From assembly GCA_043228905.1 (NCBI GenBank), contig JBHGNT010000011.1, positions 124,001 to 188,000 on the forward strand: a stretch of DNA of 64,000 nucleotides, given 5' to 3'. Position 1 is the first letter of the stretch. Each line of letters starts with the position of its first letter. This document shows positions 1-11,604 of the stretch, in pieces. This stretch comes from Azolla caroliniana (Eukaryota > Plantae > Polypodiophyta). Position numbers and translations under genes: made by a program. The notes beneath the pieces were generated by a model. That model was not told the DNA's origin, searched no databases, and saw only the letters and a program-made list of their open reading frames with translations.

Positions 1-529
1 ATGCATGGAAAAAAAACTGGAAGCAAATAAAATAAACGGCTTTAGAGATATAAGAACACTAAACCCCCACTGGATAACTTCCCACAAACCCCCTTCAGGA
101 ATTTCTGCTTTGGATAGGAACATTAAGGTTAATAGCTAGAACAATTCGATCAATCATAAACCTCTTCATACGTTCATGGAATAATCCTCTGCTATTTTTT
201 ATCAGTTCTTCACTTGCACTCCCTCGTTTTGAATAAATAGTGAGAATATGGCTTGCGTACAAAATATGCACCATGTAATGCATCCGATTAGGAATCACAA
301 CAAAATGTTCCTACACCACCAATACTAGAAAAACTCATAGAAAGAAAACCAGTCATCAACTTGAACAGTTTCATAAAGAAAATACAACATATATAGGTTC
401 AGCATTTAGAGCTTAAGGCATAATGGAACCATCCAAATGCTGCAAAGAAGAAAGGAAATGATTTTATGGACCAAACGTGAAATGCACAATAATTCCTAGA
501 GGTTACTCGCTTAAGATTCTGATTATGAC

Positions 530-995
530 AGTAATTTGACTAAGTTATTATTAAGTGATGTTAGGCATCAAGCAAGCATATCCATTTTTATGTTCTTACA
601 ATATGTGATGTGGCACCATTTGACATATAGCCTCCTGAGGATGTCAATATAATGGTAGCTATGATGTTACCTCAACGCCCACAGAAATAATTTGACAAGT
701 CATTATCAGACGATGCTAGACAGCTAGCAAGACTAAACATTCTTTTATTCTTACAATGTGTGATGTGGCACCATGTGGTATATGGCCTCCTGAGGATGTC
801 AATAAGTGGTAGCTATGATGTTACCTCAATGCCCAAAGACGTAACTTGACAAGTCATTATTAAACGATGCTAGGCAGCCAGCAGGAATATATATTCTTAT
901 GTTCTTACAATGTGTGATGTGGCACCATTTGGCATATAGCCTCCTGAGGATGTCAATATAGTGGTAGCTACGATGCTACCTCAAAGCCCAAAGAA
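530..995. repeat. Tandem repeat, ~150-155 bp unit x3, in the LESV intron
   Basis: Core 'tgtgatgtggcaccat...cctcctgaggatgtcaata...gtagctatgatgttacctcaa' recurs at ~605, ~760 and ~913. Confidence 0.9.
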
Positions 996-1014
996 AGGTC
1001 CACAAGAAGCTCCC

Positions 1015-1695
1015 CTTTCTCTGTGCATTCTTCAAGTTAAACCTCCTCTCTTTACTTTTAAGGATATCGCATTTGCAACTTCACTTAACATCAAGTAACA
1101 TGGCCTCTTAAGAGCTTTATTACGATTGTGTTGCATGTGTTTGTGATATAGATCAAATTTTTGTGACTGCTAATTGCAACATGCCTCTATGCACTTCTCA
1201 AGTTAACTCTCCTTTCCTTTACTTAAAAGTATCTCACATTAGCAACTTCTCCTAACATCAAGGACCATGGCCTCTTACGAGCTTTATTGAGGGTGTGGTG
1301 CATTGGATTGAGTTTGTGTCACATATAGACCAAATGTTCATGGCGGCTAATTGCAACAAATCTCTATGCATTTCTCAAGTTAACCCTCCTTCTCTTCACT
1401 TATAAGGATCTCCCATTTGCAACTTCTCCTAACATCAAGTAGTATGGTCTCATATGAGTTTTACTGAGGGTGCATTGAATGAGTTTATGTGATATATATG
1501 TAGATCAAATGTCCATGCCTGCTCATTCTAACATATCTATATGGTCTTCTCAAGTTAACCCTCCATCTCTTTACTTATAAGGATCTTCCATTTGCATTTT
1601 CTCGTAACATCGAGTAGTATGCCCTCTTAAAAGCTTTTTTTGGATGATTTTGTGTAATGCATAGATGAAATGCTGGTGCCTACTAATTGCAACAT
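1015..1695. repeat. Tandem repeat, ~170-180 bp unit x~4, in the LESV intron
   Basis: 'ttctcaagttaaccctcc...aaggat..c.catttgcaacttctcctaacatcaag' recurs at ~1030, ~1195, ~1372 and ~1547. Confidence 0.85.
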
Positions 1696-2213
1696 ACAGA
1701 AATAAAATTCAACATATTCAGGGAACAGATGTTCACTATTGCCTGATCACTTTGGCAGTGGCATCCACTTCTTCAATTAGCTTTACTTTCCAATACATAA
1801 GAGTTTGGGATGTCCAATTGGACCAACATCAAGGATTTTTCTATTCGCAAAAAATTAGATGGAACACGTCAACATGTTTTTACATGTAAGAGGACCTATC
1901 TAGACTACTTCTATGCTATTTTTGAGAGGAAATAACCAAAGAAACTCTTGAACAAAATGTGCTTTGGTCCCCTTCTATGTAGACTGAAATAGCTAGCTCC
2001 TTGAGAACCTCATATCCTCATTGTTTTAAAAGAGAGGTCAAAATTTAATGTTTTCAGGTGATTATAGAGACCCAAAATAATTAGTGCATGAGGTTCTAGG
2101 ATTAATGGTTAGACCTAAAAGAAATCCTCTTGAAAGAGACCTTCAATAAATTTAATGGGTTACTGTGTTCCTTAAGACTGAAAATGAGCACCTAAGATTG
2201 AAATAGTCCATAC

Positions 2214-2709
2214 CTTGGACTGCTGGTTCTTTCCCCTTCATAACATTATAATGGGAGATGGATTGCGCATAGGATGGAGGCAACGTGGCTGCAGAGTTCC
2301 TGAAAGTGGATTCTTGTTTCAAACGGAGGGCATTGACAGCCGCAAGAGCAGCGGTGGCACGATCAATCACCTGCATTCGCTGTACCTTATCCCTCTCTTC
2401 AGACGGAACCCTAAGGATGTTCTCAAACCTATGCGCTCTCTTCTCCCAGTCTGCAGCCTTCTCCTCGCGACTATTCAGAACCTGCTCGTGCTCCAATGAT
2501 GTCTGCTGATGGTTTTTCTCCTCACCTCTGTGAAACCGCAACTGCTCCTGCTCTTGTCGTTCTTTGGCGCGCTTCCACATGCTGAGATACGAGGATCCAT
2601 CATGATGATCGCTGTGATTAGAGGAGGAGGTGGAGGGAGAAGAATGTGCCTGTTGGATCATTAACGATCGTCGGCAGGTCGGAAGCAGCGTTCCGGCAAT
2701 TAGCGCCAT
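2214..2709 (-). CDS. LESV: LIKE EARLY STARVATION 1 (plastid starch-granule protein), coding exon 1; downstream exons not identified in the window
   Basis: MALIAG... transit-peptide-like start, then SYLSMWKRAKER and FENILRVPSEERDKVQRMQVIDRATAALAA. These match, from recall, the Arabidopsis LESV blocks SYLDMWKNAVDR and FQKILEVSVEERDRIQRMQVVDRAAAAISAA. Phase-1 donor CAAG|GTATGG at 2214/2213. Confidence 0.85.
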
Positions 2710-2875
2710 GACGCCTCGATGAAGAAGATGATGACGACGATCGCAGTCTCTGCAGAGACACAGACAGAGACAGAAACAGAGCTTTGAGAGGTAGTGATGT
2801 GGGTGACATGACATATATGTATGTATATGCATGTATACAGACATAATACCATATGTATACAGTATCGACGGCTCA

Positions 2876-5800
2876 TGACTAACTACAGTCTACTACCAAA
2901 AATTAAAGAGGGCAAGTGAGGGAATCGCGGGCGCGGACGGTGCAGGTCGCTCAGCTGATGGCGCGTGCGATCTCCACCGTCCAATCTGGATAAAAAGCTG
3001 ACAACGTCTGTCACCAGGAGCCCGACTCTGACACAAGGAGCCCGACTCTCTGACAACCTCTGCCACCAAGAGCCCGACTCTGTCATAAGGAGCCCCGCGA
3101 TCTGACAGCTTCTATCACCAGGAGCCCGATTCTATCAAAAGGAGCCCCGCTATCTGACAGCCTCTGTCACTAGGAGCCCGACCAATTGTGGGTAGTAGCC
3201 CGACTCTCAAAAAAGTAAAGTAATAAAGAATAATATAGCAATATAATAAAATAAAAATGAATAGGGTATTGTTTATGGTTCAAATCCTTCTTCTTTTTAA
3301 TTCTTTCTCTTTGGTTTTTTCTTCTTCTTCGATTACTTTCTTTATTAGGGTTTCAACATTTGGTTAGTCACTTTACACTTCATTTACATTTAAGTAATAG
3401 TGGTATTGAATTCTCGTCTTTACAAGTTACAACGTGATGAATTCTTGTCTTTTGCAATTGTAGATCTTTTACCCTATGATCCTTCTAATCTGCATCTTGC
3501 CCTTAACACTTTTGTTTAAGTAAAATTAGCTCTTACCATTTGGGCTATGTTGATTGTCACTTTAATATGCAACTCACTCATGTTCCAAGTTAAGTTAACT
3601 CTCGTAATTTGGGCTTTTTCTTGATTCTTTGACTTTATACCATGGAATACTCTACCTATGGATCATGAGCCAAAACAAGAAGAAATGACACAATGACACA
3701 TTCACATTTTCAAACTCACTCATTCACTCTATGCACAATAGTATGCAACTCACTCATGTTCCATGTAAAGTTAGCTTTCATAATTTGGGCATTTTCTTGG
3801 TTCTTTGACTTTCTACCATGGAATACTACTACCTATGGATCATCAATCAACACAAGAAGAAATGACACAATAACACATTCACATTTTCAAACTTGTAGGA
3901 AGCATTGGACACCACTTGGAATTTCCAAGGTTAAATAGATATAGCAAACAACTACTAAAGAGTACAAAAAACATTGGCACTTATAACATTTCACTTCCAC
4001 ATGAAAGATTCCCTATTAGGGTGTAAAAATAAATTTCCATACATACATCCCTCTAGAGTACCAGTATCAATATAATACTACCCAATTTTGAATATATACA
4101 AGGTATGCATAGAAAACCTTGTGGATGGTGAATATCATACTCACATGCTCATCGGATGCAATAAGTATGATGCCGTACTAGAGAAGCATGATACTCAAAT
4201 CCCACCAAGAAGGATGAGCATATAAGTACATTAATTACCTTCACACAATTTTTAACTACAAAATAGCAAACCCCCTTCACAAGGGATCACATATATGATG
4301 ACATGTTTAATTGCTAAATGGAAAATAAGAATAGATTCTATTATACTCCATTCTCTCTTAACATTCCTCAACTACAATATCTCATGATAATAGGACAAGT
4401 TTAGCATGTATTGAACTCATATATTAGTATTCTTGTAGGATTGTCTATAAGATTGAATTGTGACCCTTTTTGAGCATTGAACAGAAAATCCTTGGTTTAA
4501 CACACCCAAGATCCATACAGTAAATCAATGGCTATTCATATAAGAACATTGAGATATTACCATGATGGCCTTTTCAGTGCAGCTACATGTATAACATAAG
4601 AAAGTCGTGATTTATGTTCGCTCCACAAAGAAATATAACAATGTGAGAAAAAATGAGCAAAAAGGTGTCATATAAAGATGCCCCAATATGCAGTTTTAGT
4701 TCATAGATACAAACTTGTTCATAAAGATTTTTGAGGATTTCAAACAGAATTTTCAACATTAACCCTAATTTGAAACTTGAAACTTAATGTCATTGGAGAT
4801 CTAGTGACATTTTTTATGCATAGAGATTGATAACCTATGAGACTATATTAACAATATGTATCATGGACTAAGTATAATAAAGTGATAATCAAATAGAAGG
4901 CTTAATCCGACATCTCAAACTCCTCAAGATCTTACTCAATTTAATGTTTAATAAAGGCAAATATATGAAGGCACAAGTTATTGGACTTTCCTATCAAAGA
5001 ACACCAAACAGAGAACTATAAAACTGATCTGACTCCACATTGAGTCAGATACAACCAAAATGAGATTCAAATATTGATTTTGATATTACAAAATCCATAT
5101 ACATCATTATCAGTTTTGGTTATACAAAAGTAGATCATCACCCTCAGAGTAGATCATAAGTAAATCCATTGGCATAAGAGTGTATCATAAGTAAATCCAT
5201 TGCATTACTCATGTTGTCAATTAATCATATCCTCTAAACAAAATCCATTGCATACAAAAACCGAAAAATCAAAACTTCATCCTCTAAACAGAATCAAAAC
5301 TCATCAGCATGTATACAAACAATTTCATATAAACAAGCTTTACATCCATGTTACAAATAAGAGGCAAGAAGAAGATACACAAGACGTATAGATGCCATAT
5401 TACAAAATCAACCATTTACAACATGCCACGATCATTCAAGTTGCCTTGGTTACAATATGCAAAAAAGGTTGGCAGCCTTGGTTCCAACCTACTAAAAAGA
5501 TTTACAGCATTGTTACAAAAAATTGATACAAAAAAGCTTGATAATACACCGATATCATATATTTTATGTTACGAAGTATAACATTTCCTCCGGTTAATAT
5601 ATGGGAAAGCCCAAAATCTGGCGTGCCCATTTTGCCAACGTTTTCGAAGGAGCTCCACATCTTCGAATCCGAACCATTGCTCCTTACCCTACACCAATGC
5701 ACACATTTGTTGCAGCTCTTACAATAACAAATGCCATTATTCAATACTTGGGCCATACTTACAAAATCTGTTGAATCGGATCCAAATCACCCAATGTCTT

Positions 5801-6530
5801 CAAGCTGACCGTCTGTGGATTATTCAACGGGTCACAATAGACTATTGGGCTCCTCCTCAACATTTCTTCATATTGATGCTGAAATTATAACAATAAATTT
5901 ATATGATACATTTGAAAAATGGAACAACTAAGTCTCTCACCATGTTAGAATATGGAACCATGTGATCAAATGTAAATGAAAAGAAACCCTAAACGATGTA
6001 AAACATAAAAGTAACCATGAAAATACATACCTATTATTGCCTTCATTTTGTAGATCGAATGTAGGTGGTTGGGAAGTGCTCGCTAGCGGAAAGTGGTGCT
6101 CCTCTCGGATTCTGGCGGAAAGTGTTGTGCCTCTCTGATTTTGGTGGAAAGCGGTGCTCCTCTTTGATTCTTCCCTCCAAATACCCTAAAACTCTCTTTT
6201 CAAAATAGGTTCAAAATGAGTGATTCAGGGTTTTTATAATCAGTGCTCATTAATAATGAGCGGGGCTCCTTTTAACAGAGTCGGGCTCTTGGTGACAGAG
6301 GTTGTCAGGCAGCGGGGCTCCCTTTGACAGAGTCGGGCTCCTAGTTACAAAGGTTGTCAGACAGCGGGGCTCCTAGTCGGGCTCCCCAATAAGTGACGAT
6401 TTCTTCACGTGTTTTTTTCCCCCCACATCAGACGGTGCAAATTGCATGTGCCCTCGGCTGAGCGACCTGCACCGTTCCTCTCCGTGATTCCCTCACTTGC
6501 CCTCTTCAAATTTTGGTGGTATTTAGACAC
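2876..6530. mobile_element. Non-autonomous Mutator-like TIR element with subterminal repeats
   Basis: Left arm 'aagaggggcaagtgagggaatcgcgg..acggtgcaggtcgctcagc' (~2907) is inverted at ~6457-6507. Subterminal 'ggagcccgactctgtca' arrays lie at 3015-3210 and, inverted, at 6260-6385. The TIR resembles that of the adjacent MULE. The left boundary is approximate and no TSD was found. Confidence 0.75.
3567..3893. repeat. ~175 bp tandem duplication inside the TIR element
   Basis: 'tatgcaactcactcatgttcca...aagaagaaatgacacaat.acacattcacattttcaaact' occurs twice. Confidence 0.85.
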
Positions 6531-6541
6531 CACGGTATCGA

Positions 6542-9499
6542 TGTGTCTATTATGACACAAATCATAAAGAGGGCTAGCTGGTGAGGGAATCGCGGCCACA
6601 GACGCTGCAAGTTGCTCAGAGAAGGCACGTGCGATCTGCATCGTCGAATTTCGATAAGGAAGAAGGCGTGAAAAATAGAGTTGTGCAGAGGTCACCCAAC
6701 CTTGTCAGAGGTCGCCCAACCGAAATATATTTTTAACAGGGTCGCCCAACCATTTATTTTTAAAACGGTTGGGTGACCAGTTTAAGCAAGTTGCCCAATT
6801 GCTTTGGGGTTTATATTGAGTTGGTCACCCAACCAACTCAATAAAAGATGCAGGTCGCCCAACCGTTGACTATAAAAGCCTGAAACTTGTCATTATCTCT
6901 CATTTTTTCAAACGAGATTGACCGGTTTCTTTTGCCGGGAAAGAGTTGGGCATTAGGCGGCTTGCAATCAACATACACAACAATCAATCTCCTCCATCAC
7001 TATTCCTAGGTATGTACTAAACCCTATTACATCTTGGAGCCAACAAGTTAAAATTTGGGAGTGCCATGTTAGGGGTTGATTGGTCTTTGATGATGCAAGA
7101 TGCCTATGCCCTCCGAGATCTTGGGAAGGTGGCTCATGTCCAACCCTACTTGCCTGGTGAATATGGATCTCCCGCAAGGCAACCGTTCATCTTGGTGCTC
7201 CAAGATGAATGGATGTTAGAGATGTGTGAGTGATTGTCAATAAACAACTCTTGGGCAATCGACTCCACGTTTAAAACAAACCAATTTGGCTTGCCATTAT
7301 ATGCAGATGTGGCCCCAAATGCCATGGGAGTTGGTATCCCATTATGGTACATGATATGTAGTTCTGATAAGGGGTCTAACCATGAGCAAGTAGCTTTAGA
7401 AACTTGCTTGAGAGTCATATTTGCACGGATGCCCAATGTAAGGCCAAATGCCATAGTCATCGATAAAAGTTGGACATCATATAATGCCATAAGTAATGTG
7501 GTTGCAACAAACCGATTATCTTGGATAGTTACAAATGGGTAAAGGTCGCAAACACATTGTCGACTTTTGTTGTGTCACTTCCATGCAAAAAAAGCATGGT
7601 TGGACAACTTGTTGCCAAAGGTAAGTGCAACTGAGAGAAACCATCTTTATAATCGGATGTGCCAACTCATGCAATGCATTACGGAATCCACATTCAATGC
7701 ACAATGTGAGGAGGTAAAGGTAGAATATGCAAACAAGCCAGGTGTTTGGCAATATATAGAAGGAGGATGGTGTGGTTTGACATGTGTGTGGAGGAAACTG
7801 TGGCCCAAATTTGGTAGAATGTTCAACTACGGACATGTTGACACTACCAATCTCATGGAGAGACATTGGCAGTTTATCAAATATACTGCCTTAAGAGGGA
7901 GGATAAACCGATCAATTACCGATCTTGTGCATGTTTTAATCGGGGACAGTCAAACTAGCACTTGCATCGGCGGTACTGTTATTGAATGGTACAAGCAACG
8001 ACAAGAAATATGTGAGAGTGGTAGATTTGCACCACGTGCAAATTGTAGGGATCAAACAACAAGACTTAAAGAGGCCGAAAGGCTACTAGGGAGGTATGAA
8101 ACTAATGATGCGACAATGCATATTGTGGACGAGCCCCGATATTGGTTTAAAATATTGAGCTTGACAAAACCGAATGTATGGTATAATGTATCGCTCCAAT
8201 GTTCATATTGTGATTGCCAAGACCCTACGAGTAAATGTAAGCATATACTCGGCATTGGGATGATTATTGAGAGGCACATGCCACATCTATGTGGGTCGTT
8301 GCCTTTTATAGATCATGCAACCCATATGCGCAATGACCATTTCACAGAGATGGAAGTGGAGATAGAGGTAGAACCAATCGAGGAGACAAACCCTATAACA
8401 TCACAAATGGAGGAATGGGAGTCAAAAATACAAACGGTTGAGGGGGCTATTCAATGTCTTAGGCAAGGGTTACGATCCCTTGATTGTGAAACAATTTTGG
8501 CATGTATGGAGTCCATTGAAGAAATAGGTCAGACGATGGTGTATCACCTAGGTGCACCGAAACCAACCAATGAAGAAAACCGTGAATCCATAGGGCGTAA
8601 GCAAGCAATTGGTGCAAAAAGGGGAGCATCAATCAACATTTCACAAGATTTTATTGGTAGCTCCCCAAACACTTCCAAGGCACACACAGGGAAAATGTAA
8701 AGAGGCGCAAGTCGAGCTAGGAGGCGGTTGCCAATATGTGCAACAGAGAAGATGCGATGCTTGCATTGCGATGCCTTGACCTTTACATCAAGAGACTCAA
8801 ATGTTGATTGTTGCAAGAATTGTGGTCGCATCTTGCCATCATCTCCGGATGAGCCATAAACATAGCTTGAGTGGTTTTGCGGATTGGTGCATTTGGGTTT
8901 ACAATGTTTCAAGTGGATTTATGTTGATTTATGAGTGCATTTGGGAGTATGTCATATGTTGATTTATATTTTAAGTTTCCTGTTTCAAGTATGTCATCCT
9001 TTGATTTGGGTTTACGGTGTTTAAAGTGGATTTACGTTCTCTGTTTTAAGTTTTATGTTTTTTAACTTTTAACTTTTATGTTTTAATATGATTATTTGTT
9101 TTAACATAAGTATGGTAAAGATCGTCGATTTTGAATAATTTAAGGTTGGATTTTGTGACTGTTTGATATGTTATTGTAAGTTTTAAGGGTAATGAACAAG
9201 CTTATTTGAAGATTTTGGTCGAAATGATACATTTGGTTGGGCGACCAATCGGTTGGGCAACCTACAAATGTCAGGGTTGGGTGACCTAAAACGGTTGGGC
9301 GACTTGCAATAGTAAGAGTTGGGTGACCAATTGTGGTTGGGTGACCTCTAACAGGGTTGGACAATTTTTTTTTCGCACGTTCTTCCTTATCGAAATCTGA
9401 CAGTGCAGATCACACGCGCCTTCCTCTAAGCGACATGCACCGTCTGTGGCCGCGATTCCCTCGCCAACCCTCTTTATGATTTGATGCAGAATAGACACA
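6542..9499 (+). mobile_element. Mutator-like (MULE) DNA transposon with ~170 bp TIRs
   Basis: 'tgtgtctatt..caaatcataaagaggg..gagggaatcgcggccacagacg..gatctgca..tttcgataaggaagaa' at 6542-6665 is inverted at 9380-9499. Subterminal 'ggtcRcccaacc' repeats at 6690-6865 are inverted at 9235-9350. It encloses a transposase. Confidence 0.88.
7089..8860 (+). pseudogene. MULE DDE transposase with SWIM zinc finger, in-frame stops at ~7231, ~7540 and ~8698
   Basis: AIDSTFKTN (D1), IVIDKS (D2), LCHFH (CxxH), TTNLME (E), SWIM CDC..CKH, and a C-terminal CLHC..CKNC. Confidence 0.88.
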
Positions 9500-10035
9500 A
9501 GCATATAGTATATGTATGTATGTATACAGACATAAAACATATGTATATGTATGTTATGTATGTATGTATTAAATCTTGATTATCATGGCCTCCTCCAAAG
9601 CAAAGACGAATAAGAACCCATAAATGGACATAGACATGAATTTGCGCATAGACGTGGACCTGGGTGTGGATGTGAACATGCGTAGGGAAGTAGACCTGGA
9701 TGTAGGCCTGGACTTCAACCTAGGCAATCGCACGGACATGGGCATGGGCCTAGACATGCACATGGACATGGCTTTTTGTTTTTTAAGCGAGTCCGGAAAA
9801 GCTTCTAGGGTTTTAGTCGCAGGTGTTTTTGTGGTGCTCGCCTACGAAGTAGCTCCCGATGAACTTATAAGCTTTGATTGCTTGCGTAGAAGCTTCAAAG
9901 CACATCCAACGTGCTTGTGTCTTGTTAAGTTCTCTCATTCTAGTCTCTTCTTGATATAGGTAAAAAATCCAAGACTAGAAAGTGGATGACATGTTTGATT
10001 AATAAGGAGGGGGGTAAAACTGGCAATGATGGTAT

Positions 10036-10139
10036 GTGGAAGCGTATGATGAACTATTTATGCTTACTCAGAAGACAACATAGAAAGGAAGAAAGGTGGA
10101 GACTTGCACAAATTCGAGCTTTAATGGAAAGCTTTATTA

Positions 10140-10181
<42 letters not shown>

Positions 10182-10351
10182 GAGATACGATACAATATGA
10201 TCAAAGTGGAAGAAGTTATCTTTACAATGTTAGGTTATTGCTTATATACTAAGCCCTAACTTTTGGGCGAGTTCACACTCAGACGGATACAAGTTGGAGG
10301 GAGTTCCATAAAAGGACTACTCTTTCTTACATATACAAGTGTTTGGGGTTA
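10036..10351 (-). mobile_element. Probable 3' LTR of copia element 1
   Basis: Follows a PPT (- strand GGGGGAGAT, ~10351-10359), contains a TATA, (GA)n and AATAAA, and ends in ...TTCCACA. The TG start is absent and there is no partner LTR. Confidence 0.55.
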
Positions 10352-11604
10352 TCTCCCCCGTAAGCCTAGATTACAAAATTGATCTAAGTTTATGTTACAA
10401 GTCAATCGACATGTAGCCTAGTCGGCATAGGTATGGTGTGTGTCATTGTAGTTGTTTTGATTAGATCTTACCTTCTGCTCCTCATTCGGCTTTCCTTTGC
10501 TCGGTCGCTTGTTGTAGTCCCATCTTCCTCCTTAGTGCTCCGAAGCGTTGATCTGGGAGTGGCTTCGTCAGGCAATCGACGATGTTCACCTCGGTGTTGA
10601 TCTTCCAGATTTCAAATTTCTTCTCTATTATGAGCTCCCGGATGTGATGATACCGCACCTCAATATGCTTCGTCTTAGCGTGATAGACAAGATTGTTGAT
10701 GAGGTGTATTGTGCTCTATGAGTCACAATAGATGGTCGGGGCTGGTTGGTCGATTCAACTTGTAGCTGCGAATTCAATAGATAGTCGATGTAGCTAGATC
10801 ACTTCCTTTGCTGCTATGTACTCTGCCTCTGTGGTTGACAGAGCCGTGCACTCTTGAAGTTTTGACCTCCATGATATTGCACTACCACCGTAGGTGAAGA
10901 TGTAGCCTGATGTTGATTTCCGATTGTCCGTGTTTCCGGCATAGTCGGAATCAGTGTAGCCTTTGACTTTGGTTGATGTTGTCAAACCGAAAGTCAGTTG
11001 TGCAACCATGGCTTCTTTTAGATACCTGAGAATGTGCTTGACGGCCTCCCAATGCTTCCGTCCTAGGTTTGACATGTTTCGGTTGACCACCCCTACGACA
11101 TAGGCTAGGTCGGGTCGGGTTCCACCATTGCGTACATGATACTTCCGACTGCCGATGCATAGGGTACCTTTCCATTAAGCTCTCTCTCCTTGTTTATTGA
11201 AGGAGAGTCTCTGTCTGATAGTCTGATTGATGTTAGAAGCGATGTCGGTGTTGGCTTCGCATTCTCCATGTTGAAGCGCTTCAACACCTTACGGATGTAG
11301 TCGGACTGGGAGAGTCGGAGAGTCTTTGTCGTCCGATTTCGCTCTATCCTCATGCCTAGTATGTGTCAGGGTTGCCCGAGTTCCTTCATCGCGAACTTGT
11401 CGTGAAGGCTCCACTTCAGCTTTCTGATCTCTACTTGATTGCTTCATGCAATCAACATGTCGTCGACATATAGGATTAGATAGATCCTGGACTTGTCGGC
11501 CAGTTGCCGAACATACATACATGGGGTAGAGTCTAATCGGCGGTATTCCAAGTTGCCTGATGTAGGAGTCAAACTTTTGATACCACATCGTCGACGCTTG
11601 TTTC

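Noticed and set aside
95-298. Possible second LESV exon
   Set aside because: No LESV motifs (e.g. PGPDFWSW) seen in the frames I read; treated as intron, possibly TE-derived.
2710-2844. N-terminal extension of the 230-aa ORF (MSVYMHIH...)
   Set aside because: It is translated microsatellite and leader sequence; the LESV-like protein plausibly starts at MALIAG (2709).
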